DNA from: Archaeoglobaceae archaeon
GTDB lineage: Archaea > Halobacteriota > Archaeoglobi > Archaeoglobales > Archaeoglobaceae
NCBI GenBank assembly: GCA_038893835.1
Contig: JAWAQR010000002.1
Span: 44,235 to 108,234 of the forward strand
DNA length: 64,000 nt
Direction: 5' to 3'
The notes beneath the pieces were generated by a model. That model did no database searches. It was not told the DNA's origin and saw only the letters and a program-made list of their open reading frames with translations. A program made the position numbers and the translations under genes. Positions 29,027-39,255 of the stretch are shown one piece after another. Position 1 is the first letter of the stretch. The number at the start of each line of letters is the position of its first letter.

Positions 29027-29719
29027 GTGGAGATTATGAGAGTATTTAAAACTGGAATCGTTCCACTCGACGTTCAGCTCGGCGGTGGAATACCGGGAGG
29101 AGCTGTGGTTGTAATACTCGAAGAGCCAGGCGCTGGAGGAGATGTTTTTTCTTATTACTTTGCAGTAGAGGGAGCAAATGCTGGAGAAAATGTTCTATAC
29201 ATTTCAACAGACGATGCGACGAAGGAAGTTAAGAGATATCTTGGGCTTTACTTTCCAAAGTATCAGAACTTCACGATTATCAGCTTGAAGGATAGAGAAG
29301 AGCTGGATGCAAAAGGTTATTTAAAAAAGACTATGCATGACATTCTTAGCGGTGTTAAAACGATAATAAGGAATGAGAAATTCGATAGAGTTGTGTTGAA
29401 CAATTTGACTTTCTTCTTCTCCCACTACTCCCCTGAAGATGTTGGTTCGCTGATCGAGTTCTTCCTGAACGATGCAAGAGAAAAAGAGTCAGCTTACCTA
29501 CTGCTAATGACAAAGGGTATGTTTGAGGAGAGAGTTGAAACGATGGTGAAACATCTGTGCGATGGAGTTATAGAACTCTCTTTAAGAGAAGTTGATAATG
29601 AAATTCAGAGAAGGCTAAAATTCATAAAGTTCAAAGGTATAATCGTTCCAAGAGTTGTGATGAGATACGATTTGACCGAAAAGGGCATTAAAATGGAATC
29701 AATGATAAGAGTGTTATGA
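29027..29719 (+). CDS. KaiC/RAD55-family RecA-fold protein with degenerate Walker A
   Basis: TGIVPLDVQLGGGIP, EEPGAGGDVF, LCDGVIEL, IKFKG. Confidence 0.85.
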   Translation: MEIMRVFKTGIVPLDVQLGGGIPGGAVVVILEEPGAGGDVFSYYFAVEGANAGENVLYISTDDATKEVKRYLGLYFPKYQNFTIISLKDREELDAKGYLKKTMHDILSGVKTIIRNEKFDRVVLNNLTFFFSHYSPEDVGSLIEFFLNDAREKESAYLLLMTKGMFEERVETMVKHLCDGVIELSLREVDNEIQRRLKFIKFKGIIVPRVVMRYDLTEKGIKMESMIRVL

Positions 29720-30141
29720 GAGTGACATATGGAGTTGGGAAAATAAACTTTGGAGAATTTGCATGCTTCATAGATCCAAAGTTTGTCGTAGATTTGTTTA
29801 CTGTTGAATTTGCAGCAAAAAAAGCTTTGAAAAATTGGGAAGCAGGTAAAAGGATTTCAAAAAGTCTTGCAATGGAGATTCTCCTTTACTTCTCGGCAAC
29901 CAGACAAATCGAGATCGCAAAAAAGGTGACCGCAAAGGATAAAGCAGTAGCTGTTGTATTAGATGAAGAAGAATTTTCCAAAATAGAGTTTAAAGAGCTG
30001 GAATTTGTCCCAGAATATGACTTAAAGGCTGTAATGGAATTGTATGATATAACAGAGGAAGAGTTAAGAATAGTAGGCATAAAAAAGTTACCCTTGCTTG
30101 TGAGGGAGAGAATTGCACTATTTTCCTTACTTGGTGAGTGA
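29716..30141 (+). CDS. cgi121: KEOPS complex subunit Cgi121
   Basis: RISKSLAMEILLYFSATRQIE, YDITEEEL...LVRERIAL. Confidence 0.88.
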   Translation: MRVTYGVGKINFGEFACFIDPKFVVDLFTVEFAAKKALKNWEAGKRISKSLAMEILLYFSATRQIEIAKKVTAKDKAVAVVLDEEEFSKIEFKELEFVPEYDLKAVMELYDITEEELRIVGIKKLPLLVRERIALFSLLGE

Positions 30142-30972
30142 ATGAAGGGTAAAGCTTACGCCGCTGGAACTGTGCTTAACGCTCTAGCAACTGGAATTGG
30201 TTGCGCCTTTGGAATTGAGCTCTTTCTTAAGTTGAAGATTAAACCCGACGACGAAAATGTTCTAATTGTTAACGGTACCGAAAGAAAATCTGATTTAATT
30301 GAAAAGATTTTATCAGGGTTAAATGAAAGAGCCTGTGTCATAGTAAAGTCTGAAATTCCAGAAAAGAGTGGGTTAGGTAGCAGCAGTGCTTTTTTAAACG
30401 CTTTGCTGATTGCGATCTATAAGAAAAAAAGGGATGAACTGATCGCATCAAAATTACTAAAGTTAAACGCAGAAATCTCGCTAGAAGTTAAAATTAGCTA
30501 CACAGGCGCTTTTGACGATGCTTCCGCATCTCTACTTGGAGGTCTCGTAATCTCTGATAACTACAGAAGGGGTTTAAAGGAATGGATCATTTTAAGAGGT
30601 TATGCTGCGATTCTTCTTCCGGAATTTAAGAGGGGAAATGTGGATTGGGAAAAAATAAAGAGAGAGAATTACAGACTTAAGAACGTTGAGTTGAAGTTAA
30701 AGAGACATGAATTTCGCGAAGTAATGAGAGAAAATACCAGATTTTACTGCGAGATGATTGGATATCCGTTAGAAATTGCTGAAAGATTATGGAAAGAGAA
30801 TATATGCTGTGGATTGTCTGGAAATGGTCCATCTTTTGTTGCAATTGGCAATAAAAATGAGATGAACATAGCAAAGGAGATCTGGGGAGAATACGGTAAA
30901 GTAATTGTTAAAAAAATTCCAGAAAAGCCAGTAGATGAATTGGTAATAGACAGAGAGTTGTTTTTGGAATAA
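30142..30972 (+). CDS. aroK: Shikimate kinase (archaeal GHMP type)
   Basis: NALATG-GCAFGI, SGLGSSSA, TGAFDDASAS, GLSGNGPS. Confidence 0.93.
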   Translation: MKGKAYAAGTVLNALATGIGCAFGIELFLKLKIKPDDENVLIVNGTERKSDLIEKILSGLNERACVIVKSEIPEKSGLGSSSAFLNALLIAIYKKKRDELIASKLLKLNAEISLEVKISYTGAFDDASASLLGGLVISDNYRRGLKEWIILRGYAAILLPEFKRGNVDWEKIKRENYRLKNVELKLKRHEFREVMRENTRFYCEMIGYPLEIAERLWKENICCGLSGNGPSFVAIGNKNEMNIAKEIWGEYGKVIVKKIPEKPVDELVIDRELFLE

Positions 30973-30998
30973 TTTACTTTTTCATCTTTGTGAGTTTC

Positions 30999-31925
30999 TC
31001 ATCTCTCAAAACCCTTCTCAACATTGGATTGTTCATCAGAGCTAAACTCATGCGCTAGTCCAATTAAATCCGATATTTTAACACCGTTAATTCTCAAAAA
31101 AGCTAAGAGACTTTCCTTTAAGCTGTAAAAGATCCTCTTACTGTAAAAAATCGCTGATCCTATTTCAACAGCAGTAGAACCTGCAAGAATGAATTCCAAA
31201 ACGTCTTCAAAACTCGTTATTCCACCGCAACCTATTATCGGAATTTCCAGAACTTTATAAAGATCATAAACACACTTTAAAGCAATTGGCTTTATCGCAT
31301 GACCGCTAACTCCTCCATAAACGTTACTCAACACAGGTTTTTTCGAGATTATATCTATCTTCATTCCCGGAAGTGTGTTGGAGATCGTTATCCCATCCAC
31401 CCCAGCTTTCTCGAGTTCCTTGGCCAGCTTTATATAATCGTGCATGGCAGATAGTTTTGCAAAAACAGGTTTATCCGTGACATCTTTTACAGCATTTACT
31501 ATAGCGCTCGATAATTCCAAATCTTTACCTATTTCCATCCCAGCTCCCTTAACGTGAGGACAGCTCAGGTTCAGCTCAAAACCATCTGCAAAGTCGAAGA
31601 TTTCAACCAACTTTACGAATTCCGCTTCATTCTTACCATAAAGGCTAACTATCAAAGGAGATAGAAAGTTAAAATTCTTAAGCTCCCTTGCAAAATCTTC
31701 CGCAGATGGTGAAGCTAAGCCAATAGCATTGATCAATCCACATCTCCAATTTAAAACAGTTGGATTTCTATATCCATGTCTCTCCTCCAGACCTACTGAT
31801 TTCGTTACAACTGCTCCTACTTCCTCAGAAATTTCGTTAAGCGATGAACAAGAGCTTCCAAGAACTCCACTGGCTAAGATCAATGGATTTTTTAATTTCA
31901 TACCGCAGAGTTCAACTTCGAGCAT
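30999..31925 (-). CDS. pyrD: Dihydroorotate dehydrogenase, family 1 catalytic subunit
   Basis: KNPLILASG, NAIGL, ELNLSCPH, GGVSGHAIKP, IIGCGGI. Confidence 0.95.
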   Translation of the reverse strand: MLEVELCGMKLKNPLILASGVLGSSCSSLNEISEEVGAVVTKSVGLEERHGYRNPTVLNWRCGLINAIGLASPSAEDFARELKNFNFLSPLIVSLYGKNEAEFVKLVEIFDFADGFELNLSCPHVKGAGMEIGKDLELSSAIVNAVKDVTDKPVFAKLSAMHDYIKLAKELEKAGVDGITISNTLPGMKIDIISKKPVLSNVYGGVSGHAIKPIALKCVYDLYKVLEIPIIGCGGITSFEDVLEFILAGSTAVEIGSAIFYSKRIFYSLKESLLAFLRINGVKISDLIGLAHEFSSDEQSNVEKGFER

Positions 31926-31944
31926 AGAAAAAGTAGATAAAAAA

Positions 31945-32469
31945 TTATAAATTTTCCGCTACATTTTCGAATTTGTAAATCCCAGCATAGCCACGTGTTT
32001 TCGAGCAAAGTTTGAGAAATATCAACTGTATAATCCTAGCGTTTTTCTTCAACCAAATTCCTTCAGGATTATGGACGACTATTAGAACTTCGCTCCTCCC
32101 TTCATATCCAGCATCCCAAACTGCAGTTTCCACGCTAACACCGCATCGTAGTAAAGTGCTTCTAGGCTTTGCAATCGCAATTAAATCATTTCCCAGTCTC
32201 AAAATCTCGTTTAGCACCGCTTTATAAACACCCTGCGGAAGGTGAATCCAATCCTCGAACTTTAACTCCTCAGTCTCTGAAATTATCCTTTCTTCGTTGC
32301 TGAAATCAACCTTTCCCGCAGATTTCAACATTTTAATGCTTCGCAAAGTGCAGTCAAAGCCATTTGGTTGTAGCTGAGTTTCTAAATCGATGTAATCGCT
32401 TATCAATCCATCCTTTATTCTCTCCCTTATTTCATCCGCAGCTAGGACACACAGCTCAAGTCTTAGCAA
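31945..32469 (-). CDS. Trimeric dUTPase / dCTP deaminase family protein
   Basis: QPNGFD, PRSTLLRCG, WDAGYEG, ARIIQL, GYAGIY. Confidence 0.88.
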   Translation of the reverse strand: MLRLELCVLAADEIRERIKDGLISDYIDLETQLQPNGFDCTLRSIKMLKSAGKVDFSNEERIISETEELKFEDWIHLPQGVYKAVLNEILRLGNDLIAIAKPRSTLLRCGVSVETAVWDAGYEGRSEVLIVVHNPEGIWLKKNARIIQLIFLKLCSKTRGYAGIYKFENVAENL

Positions 32470-33070
32470 TAGCTAATAAGCTTTTTATGCTTTCCAACTG
32501 CATGTTCATCGAGTAAATTGTAAAGGCGAGATAGATGATGATTGGGATCGATGATACCATTGCAGCCTTCTTCAAGCTCAACTCTCTCGCATTCTTGACT
32601 GCAAATACCCAGTAAACGTATATCCAGAGATTTGTGGCAATCGAAAAAATCGTCAAAGAAATTAAATTTTCAAAAGTAGTAGATCTGAATAGCTCGATTG
32701 TTAAATAAGTACCAATTGGGCTGAGTAAAATTGAAGGAATAAAGCTAAAAGCTGTGAATTTCATCAAATTAGAGAAACTACCTTTTCCACCAAATATTGC
32801 TGAAAGGACGTGAAGAATTGCAGTCATCAAAATCCAAACCAAAAAAGCTCCAACAAAAGCGCTTAAAGAACCTGTAAAGCTGAGAAAAGAGAGAATTAAC
32901 TCCGCATCTTTACCAAAAATAGATCTTAAATTTTCGCTAAGAACTTGTAGCGAAATGTTTGCAGAAACTGCTGAGATTATTGCGTACAGTAAGACTACTG
33001 CAATAGGTAGCCTGAATCCCATTCCTTTTTTCCTCGCAAAGAACTTGTCTGGATTTAGCAGAACATCCAT
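32456..33070 (-). CDS. Yip1-domain membrane protein
   Basis: LLNPDKFF start, five TM segments, GGKGSF. Confidence 0.8.
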   Translation of the reverse strand: MDVLLNPDKFFARKKGMGFRLPIAVVLLYAIISAVSANISLQVLSENLRSIFGKDAELILSFLSFTGSLSAFVGAFLVWILMTAILHVLSAIFGGKGSFSNLMKFTAFSFIPSILLSPIGTYLTIELFRSTTFENLISLTIFSIATNLWIYVYWVFAVKNARELSLKKAAMVSSIPIIIYLAFTIYSMNMQLESIKSLLAIAKT

Positions 33071-33138
33071 ATGTCAGGTATAGAAAATTATATAAAAACC
33101 TTTCGAATGGTTTTTAAACTTTGGTCAGAAAAATCGAT

Positions 33139-33900
33139 ATGAAAGTTGCAACTTTCAACGTGAACTCAATAAACTCGCGGCTTCATATAGTGATTCCATG
33201 GTTGAAGGAGAACAAGCCCGATTTTCTATGTATCCAGGAGACAAAGACCGAAGATAGAAAATTTCCTTCAGCAGACTTTCACAGAATCGGATATCAAGTT
33301 ATCTTTCGTGGTAAAAAGGGACAGAGTGGAGTTGCAATTGCATCGCTGAGAGAGGCTGAGAAAATAAACTTTGGACTCGCTGGTAGGGATGAGGATAGAC
33401 TCATATTTGCGGAATTCGGTGACCTGAAGCTCATAAATGTTTATGTTCCCCAAGGTTATAGAATAGACAGTGAAAAATACAGTTACAAGCTCCAATGGCT
33501 TGAAAAGCTTTATGAATGGCTGAAGGGCTTTGATTTAAGGGAAAAAATTTTGATATGCGGAGACATGAACGTTGCTCCTGAGCCAATAGATGTTCATAGC
33601 CCAGAAAAGCTAAAAAATCATGTTTGCTTCCATGAAGATGCTAGAAAGGCATATAAGAGAATTCTTGAACTCGGATTCGTCGATTTGCTGAGAAAAATGC
33701 ACCCCAATGAAAGGATATACACTTTCTACGACTATCGCGTAAAAAATGCGATAGAGAAAGGTTTGGGCTGGAGGGTTGATGCGATCCTCGCAAGTCCTGT
33801 GCTTGCAGAGAAGTGCATTCGCTGTGATGTTGATCTGAAGCCAAGAATTGCTGAGAAGCCTTCAGATCACCTTCCAGTAGTAGCTGAATTTCTAGATTAG
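33139..33900 (+). CDS. xth: Exodeoxyribonuclease III / AP endonuclease
   Basis: ATFNVNSI, QETK, GDMNVA, GWRVD, SDHLP. Confidence 0.95.
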   Translation: MKVATFNVNSINSRLHIVIPWLKENKPDFLCIQETKTEDRKFPSADFHRIGYQVIFRGKKGQSGVAIASLREAEKINFGLAGRDEDRLIFAEFGDLKLINVYVPQGYRIDSEKYSYKLQWLEKLYEWLKGFDLREKILICGDMNVAPEPIDVHSPEKLKNHVCFHEDARKAYKRILELGFVDLLRKMHPNERIYTFYDYRVKNAIEKGLGWRVDAILASPVLAEKCIRCDVDLKPRIAEKPSDHLPVVAEFLD

Positions 33901-35039
33901 ACTTCTTTTCCAACTATAATCCCATCCTCATTTCTCACAACTTCAAATTTCACAATCTCTCCAACCTTTTTATCCGTTATAACTGCAACACTTCTATTTT
34001 TAGCAACACAAAGCATCTCACCAAACATTCTCCCTTCAGCGACTATTCTTCCATGACAAATCTCTCCCTTCCTAAAGGGGTTCTCTATTGAGGGTCTTTT
34101 CTCTATTCCAAAATCCTCTGGTTTCAGCACAAGCTTTATTCCATATTCCTTTTCAAGAGTTCTAAGCCTCTGATAGAATTCCTTAAAGGAAATGCTCTTT
34201 CCAACCTTTCTTCCAAAGCGATATGGGATGTATTTCTGAATTCCCAGTGGGGGATATTTCTTCCCAGCACCTATTTCCAAGGCAAATTCGATTATCTTCG
34301 GGATTTCCTCATCATTATAGCCTGGAACCCAAACGGGAGCTATAAGGAGATCTATCTTACTGTTCGCTATCATTTCTGCAATTTCTAGAACTTTTTTCAA
34401 TGGATAGGCACCATAAAGCATTTTTGCCTTCTCCTTAGAAATTGCACTAATTGAGAGATTTATTCTGCTCATCTTCCCTTCCAGTGCAGAGATTCTTTCC
34501 TCATTTAGCGGTATTCCGTTTGTCTGCATCGAAATAATTGAAACGTTCTTCATTCTTGAAACTTGCTCGACGAAGTATTCCAGATAAGGATAGAGAGCTG
34601 GTTCTCCCTGAGCGTCCAAATGCACCTCCACTCCTTCCCCCTTAAATTCCACAATCTTACCTAACTCCTCCAGCATGTAATCGGGGTCGACTATGTAATC
34701 CGTTTTTCTCGTCCTACTTTTCCTCCCCTCATCGACGCTACAAAAGATACAGTTCAAATTGCACCCAGTAATACATCTAACCTGTAGAAGATTTGTTCCC
34801 CGATCTATTATTCCAAACGCTGAATGACCTAGCAAGGGAATTCCGCTTTCCTTAGTTACAAAAACGAGTTCTCTACCTGTAACGCGATTCAAAATTCTCT
34901 TATTTTCATAGTTAGAAATAATATATTCACGACTATATTTTTTGCTCAACTTTTCAAAATCTTGCTTTGGAATCCTTATCTCGATTATATTTCTCAGTAT
35001 GAAGACCTTCTCATTCTTATCTTCCTTTTCCTCCAACAT
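33897..35039 (-). CDS. Radical SAM protein with C-terminal TRAM-like domain (archaeal conserved family)
   Basis: FGIIDRGTNLLQVR-ITGCNLNCIFCSVD, QGEP, MQTNG. Confidence 0.88.
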   Translation of the reverse strand: MLEEKEDKNEKVFILRNIIEIRIPKQDFEKLSKKYSREYIISNYENKRILNRVTGRELVFVTKESGIPLLGHSAFGIIDRGTNLLQVRCITGCNLNCIFCSVDEGRKSRTRKTDYIVDPDYMLEELGKIVEFKGEGVEVHLDAQGEPALYPYLEYFVEQVSRMKNVSIISMQTNGIPLNEERISALEGKMSRINLSISAISKEKAKMLYGAYPLKKVLEIAEMIANSKIDLLIAPVWVPGYNDEEIPKIIEFALEIGAGKKYPPLGIQKYIPYRFGRKVGKSISFKEFYQRLRTLEKEYGIKLVLKPEDFGIEKRPSIENPFRKGEICHGRIVAEGRMFGEMLCVAKNRSVAVITDKKVGEIVKFEVVRNEDGIIVGKEV

Positions 35040-35262
35040 TCTTTATCTCTTTAATCGCCTTTTCTCCCTTCTCAGTTAACTTGTATACGTTTCCCTCTTT
35101 CAAAATCAAACCTTCGTTCATCAACTCTTCTAAGAGTGCTTTTGCTGTATTAACCGGAATCCTCGTCTTCTTCGAAATTTCTTCAATACCTTGCTCTTTT
35201 TTTGCAATCATCTCGATCAATTTGAGTTTATTTGGATTCGTTGCAAGAGATCCCGATTTCAT
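35017..35262 (-). CDS. Small winged-helix protein
   Basis: 81 aa; LEELMNEGLI...YKLTEKG. Confidence 0.8.
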   Translation of the reverse strand: MKSGSLATNPNKLKLIEMIAKKEQGIEEISKKTRIPVNTAKALLEELMNEGLILKEGNVYKLTEKGEKAIKEIKNVGGKGR

Positions 35263-35308
35263 AGTAAAAGATTGCTCCCAAAACTATTAAACATTTGCCC
35301 TACAATCA

Positions 35309-36313
35309 TCAAATTCCCCTTCCCTTTATCTCAATTTCCATTCTTTCCTCATCCAATTTAACAGCATCACCAAGAAAGCTGTTTATTACGTATACATTAC
35401 TCCGCTGATGCATTGTTATCTTGGTTGTCGTATACTTAGTCACACCTCTAGCTATTGCCGAGAAGACCATGATCTGATCTGCAAGATGAGAGTCGAATAA
35501 ACCTCTGCTTGAAAATTCATCGTAAAAGTTCTTTCCAGCTTCCATACCAACTTCTTCCGCTCTCTTACCCTTTTCTCCTAACGCACTACCACCTTTATAA
35601 CCGCACCATATTGTAATTCCACTACCAGTAGATGTGCCTTTCAAAACTTCCAAAGATATTTCAGCCTCCAATCCTTTTTCCTTCAAAAACTTCAATGCAG
35701 CCTCTTTTTGTCTTTGTGCAACATGATCTGGCAGATTTTGACAATGACTTATTCCATAAATTCTGCAATCCTTTTTTTCAAATTGTTTTCCGGACAACCT
35801 GGATGGAAAGATTTCAACCAATATCCTTCCTCCTCCCCTTGGATAATAGCCTCTATTCTTTAGCTGCAAAGAAACCCTGCAATCCAGTTCCTCCATCGCT
35901 TTAAGAGTTACATTTTTGAAATAATCCACTGTAGGGGCCCATGCCACATCTGTTCCTCCTATAATTTCAAGCTTCGACGGTCTTTCAGCGATTAAAAGAG
36001 GGGGAAGAATCGTTTGAAGGATCAACGTAACACTTCCAGCTGTACCTATATCTATCTTATATTCTCCCCCCTTCACAGTTTTTGGCTTAAAAACAACCCT
36101 CGTAGATCCCAGTTTTAACCCTTCTACTTCAGCGTCGCTTATCAGCTTTGCAGCTTCAATTCCCTTCAAATGCTGTGCTGCCAGTCCAGGATTTGGACGA
36201 TTTGCCCTTATTTTCGTTATTTCCATTGCTTCTCCAGTTATGCACGATAGGGCTATCGCCGTTCTCAATATCTGTCCCCCTCCTTCACCAAAGCTACCAT
36301 CGATTCTTATCAT
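35309..36313 (-). CDS. rtcA: RNA 3'-terminal phosphate cyclase
   Basis: IDGSFGEGGGQILR, RGYYPRGGG, DSHLADQ. Confidence 0.96.
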   Translation of the reverse strand: MIRIDGSFGEGGGQILRTAIALSCITGEAMEITKIRANRPNPGLAAQHLKGIEAAKLISDAEVEGLKLGSTRVVFKPKTVKGGEYKIDIGTAGSVTLILQTILPPLLIAERPSKLEIIGGTDVAWAPTVDYFKNVTLKAMEELDCRVSLQLKNRGYYPRGGGRILVEIFPSRLSGKQFEKKDCRIYGISHCQNLPDHVAQRQKEAALKFLKEKGLEAEISLEVLKGTSTGSGITIWCGYKGGSALGEKGKRAEEVGMEAGKNFYDEFSSRGLFDSHLADQIMVFSAIARGVTKYTTTKITMHQRSNVYVINSFLGDAVKLDEERMEIEIKGRGI

Positions 36314-36361
36314 GCTGATCAGTTTTCAATGGGTTTAAAAACTCTTGAGAGGCTTTAGTTC

Positions 36362-36670
36362 ATGAGAGAATACAAGTTCAAACGCGGATATGAGCCAAAG
36401 ATTGAAAGACTTGAGGAAATGTTGAAAAAACACTTTGGTAATTTTGAAAAAATCGATGATTTCTACGTAGTAAAAAACTTCGGTGGAATTGAGGAAATGA
36501 AGGCGAAGATAAACGGTAAAGTTCTGTTGGTGGAGACAAAAACGAGGATTGTCGATGATGAAACAGCAGTCATGACTTTGAAGACTTACAATAAGTTCTT
36601 AGAAGAACTCACAGGCTATACTGCAAAAGAGAGACAGAAAATGCTCAGAAAGGAAGTAGAATCGATATGA
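36362..36670 (+). CDS. Conserved archaeal protein (DUF5611-like)
   Basis: MREYKFKRG, YNKFLEELTGYTAKER. Confidence 0.8.
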   Translation: MREYKFKRGYEPKIERLEEMLKKHFGNFEKIDDFYVVKNFGGIEEMKAKINGKVLLVETKTRIVDDETAVMTLKTYNKFLEELTGYTAKERQKMLRKEVESI

Positions 36671-37599
36671 GATCACTTCTATTATCATTTCTGACCTTGT
36701 TTCTAGTTTGCTGCACAGGAGTTGAGATTGGAAAAATGAGCAAAGAAGAGTACTGTCAGAAAACATGGAAATTTGATCTAGAATGCGCGTTAAACCACAC
36801 TCTTTCAGATGAGGAAGTTCAGAAAATCTCTGAACTTGCAGAAAAACTTAAAGGAGAGAATTGCAAACAGACTGCTTGGAATGCTCTGAAGTGGGTAGAA
36901 GAGAATTTGAAGTACGATTATTACAAAGCTTCCCTTCCTCCACCAACGATTATCACTAAGGGGAGAGAAGTAACTGTATTAAATCCGGAAAGGATTTATC
37001 AGACTCCGGAAGAAACGATGATGCTTAGAAAAGGGATATGCGGAGATTTTGCAATTTTAACAACAGCGATTTTGATTAGAAACGGTTGTAATGCATACGT
37101 CCTTTTCGTGGATTTTATCGACTACGAAATCGATCACTTAGCTTCAGCAGTTCTGCTCGACAAAATATACGTTCTCGACCAAAAACTCCCTCCCATGGAT
37201 CTGGGAAGCTATTACAACAAGTGGTTGAGAGAGGGAAAGAGGATTGGGGGCATCGTAATTTACGAGAGGGATAAAAAGTTGATGAGTTTTAACGAGAGTG
37301 AAATCATGGCTCAGAATTATAAGTTTACAAAAAGAGATCTCGAAGAGTTAAAAAATTTGCTGATTGAAAAGTTAAAGAGAGAACTCGCCTATGGAGAATT
37401 TTACTACAGAGAAAAGCTTATTATAACCATGTTTTTCGACGGATTGGCTGACTATTATACTCCTATGTTCAGCGAAGAAATCGCGGAGATGATCAAGGAA
37501 AGATTGCTGGAAAAAATAGAAAAAAAGTGGAAAGGATTTAGCCTTGAACTTGAAGTCAGCTGGCCAGACATCGTTCTAAAACTATCTCTCACCAACTGA
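36667..37599 (+). CDS. Transglutaminase-like domain (lipo)protein
   Basis: Signal peptide with Cys; QTPEET...GICGDFAIL, H and D triad residues. Confidence 0.82.
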   Translation: MRSLLLSFLTLFLVCCTGVEIGKMSKEEYCQKTWKFDLECALNHTLSDEEVQKISELAEKLKGENCKQTAWNALKWVEENLKYDYYKASLPPPTIITKGREVTVLNPERIYQTPEETMMLRKGICGDFAILTTAILIRNGCNAYVLFVDFIDYEIDHLASAVLLDKIYVLDQKLPPMDLGSYYNKWLREGKRIGGIVIYERDKKLMSFNESEIMAQNYKFTKRDLEELKNLLIEKLKRELAYGEFYYREKLIITMFFDGLADYYTPMFSEEIAEMIKERLLEKIEKKWKGFSLELEVSWPDIVLKLSLTN

Positions 37600-38481
37600 G
37601 TCAAGAAGGTAGCAAAAGAGAATTGGCAACGCTATGGTTGCATCGCAATAAACTGTGACTGTTTTTGCGTCTTTTTTCAGCTTTGCCCAGCTCTTCGCTT
37701 CCTCAAGCGTAGCTCCGCTCAGTCCGCCAAACTGTGGGGAATCAGTGGTTATCTGAATCGCATAATCAAAACCCCTCGATAAAAGCATCGCTTGTAGAGC
37801 GAAATTTTTTGGCACACCTCCTCCAATTATAACGATACCCATACCTCTTTTTTGCGAACATAGTTCTAAAATTTTTTCTAAATCTTTCTTATAGTCTAAA
37901 AAGAGCTTTTTTCCATAGAGCATCAAGTGAAGCCCAGCGATTGAATCGTGAAAGGTCGGACAGAAAATTGGAATCTTTTTATCAAAAGCTATTTTTAAAA
38001 ATGAGTTCTGAAGTCTTTTGCCTATCTCCCAAACCAGCTCATAACTTGAAATATTTCCGGAAAGCTCTCTAAAAACAGCTGAAAGAAACTCCTCAACTGC
38101 AATAAAAGCTGAAGTTGGAACAAATACATCATAAATCCTGTTCAAATCCTTATCTGCCAATTCAGAGTCGTTAACGTTTTCAGAACCAATTTCATGACTA
38201 TATCCGAGAGTTTCACAGATCTCATGAACCAAGTTAGCTCCAGTGATCACAAGAGAATCCGCAAATTTCAGCCTTAGAATTTCAGCGATCACTTTCCGCA
38301 TCCCAGCTGGAACCATAGCACCAGCAATGGTTAGGAAGATGAATGCATCCTCTTCAATCATTCTTCTCCATAACCTTCCAGCTTCTCCAATTCTTCTTGC
38401 ATTAAAAGCGGAAAATAGAAAGGCTTCAACCAATTCCGAAACTCTCATATCCTTCTTTATCCTCAACGGCTCCACTTTCAT
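37582..38481 (-). CDS. dys: Deoxyhypusine synthase
   Basis: AGAMVPAGMR, TGANLVH, RIYDVF, GGGVPKN, GGLSGATLEEAKSWAK, DATIALP. Confidence 0.9.
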   Translation of the reverse strand: MKVEPLRIKKDMRVSELVEAFLFSAFNARRIGEAGRLWRRMIEEDAFIFLTIAGAMVPAGMRKVIAEILRLKFADSLVITGANLVHEICETLGYSHEIGSENVNDSELADKDLNRIYDVFVPTSAFIAVEEFLSAVFRELSGNISSYELVWEIGKRLQNSFLKIAFDKKIPIFCPTFHDSIAGLHLMLYGKKLFLDYKKDLEKILELCSQKRGMGIVIIGGGVPKNFALQAMLLSRGFDYAIQITTDSPQFGGLSGATLEEAKSWAKLKKDAKTVTVYCDATIALPILFCYLLDSVGER

Positions 38482-38550
38482 GCAAATCCAACGTCATTTA
38501 AGTTTAAAAAGTTTCAAAAAACATATATATCAGCTGTCATATTTTTATTG

Positions 38551-39255
38551 ATGCTTGTTCTCGTAAGTCCGAAAAATCTTGAGGAAGCAATAGAAGCCAT
38601 CGAGGGAGGGGCGGATATAATAGATGTCAAAAACCCTGCAGAAGGCTCACTTGGGGCAAATTTTCCTTGGGTTATAAGAGAGGTTGCAAAGATTGCGAAA
38701 AAATTTGGAAAAAAGGTCAGTGCAACAACTGGAGACATGCCATATAAACCTGGGACTGCAAGTTTAGCTGCCCTAGGAGCTGCGATGGCAGGGGCGGATT
38801 ATGTGAAGGTTGGACTTCATGGAATAAGGAATGAAAAGGAGGCTGAAGATGTTATAAAAGCTGTGGTTAAAGCTGTAAAAGATTTCGATTCAGAGAAAAA
38901 AGTTGTGATCGCAGGTTATGGAGATTTCTACAGAATAAATGCCATAGATCCCCTGAAAATTCCACCAATAGCAAGCTCATGTGGTGCAGATGTTGTGATG
39001 GTCGATACTGCGATAAAGGACGGAACTTCGATCTTCGACCACATGCAATTGGAAAATCTGCAAAAATTCGTCAAATTAGCCAGAGATTCCAATCTAATCT
39101 GCGCAATTGCAGGAAATCTAAAATGGAATCACGTGGATGTACTTAAAAAGTTGTCCCCTGATATAATAGGCGTTAGATCTGTCGTTTGCGAAGCTGGAAG
39201 GGATTCGAGAATAAGGAGAGAACTAGTCAGAAAACTCAAGGAACTTGTTTCTTAA
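38551..39255 (+). CDS. mfnB: (5-formylfuran-3-yl)methyl phosphate synthase (methanofuran biosynthesis)
   Basis: LVSP-EA, DIIDVKNPAEGSLGANFPW, DTAIKDG, DIIGVRS. Confidence 0.93.
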   Translation: MLVLVSPKNLEEAIEAIEGGADIIDVKNPAEGSLGANFPWVIREVAKIAKKFGKKVSATTGDMPYKPGTASLAALGAAMAGADYVKVGLHGIRNEKEAEDVIKAVVKAVKDFDSEKKVVIAGYGDFYRINAIDPLKIPPIASSCGADVVMVDTAIKDGTSIFDHMQLENLQKFVKLARDSNLICAIAGNLKWNHVDVLKKLSPDIIGVRSVVCEAGRDSRIRRELVRKLKELVS

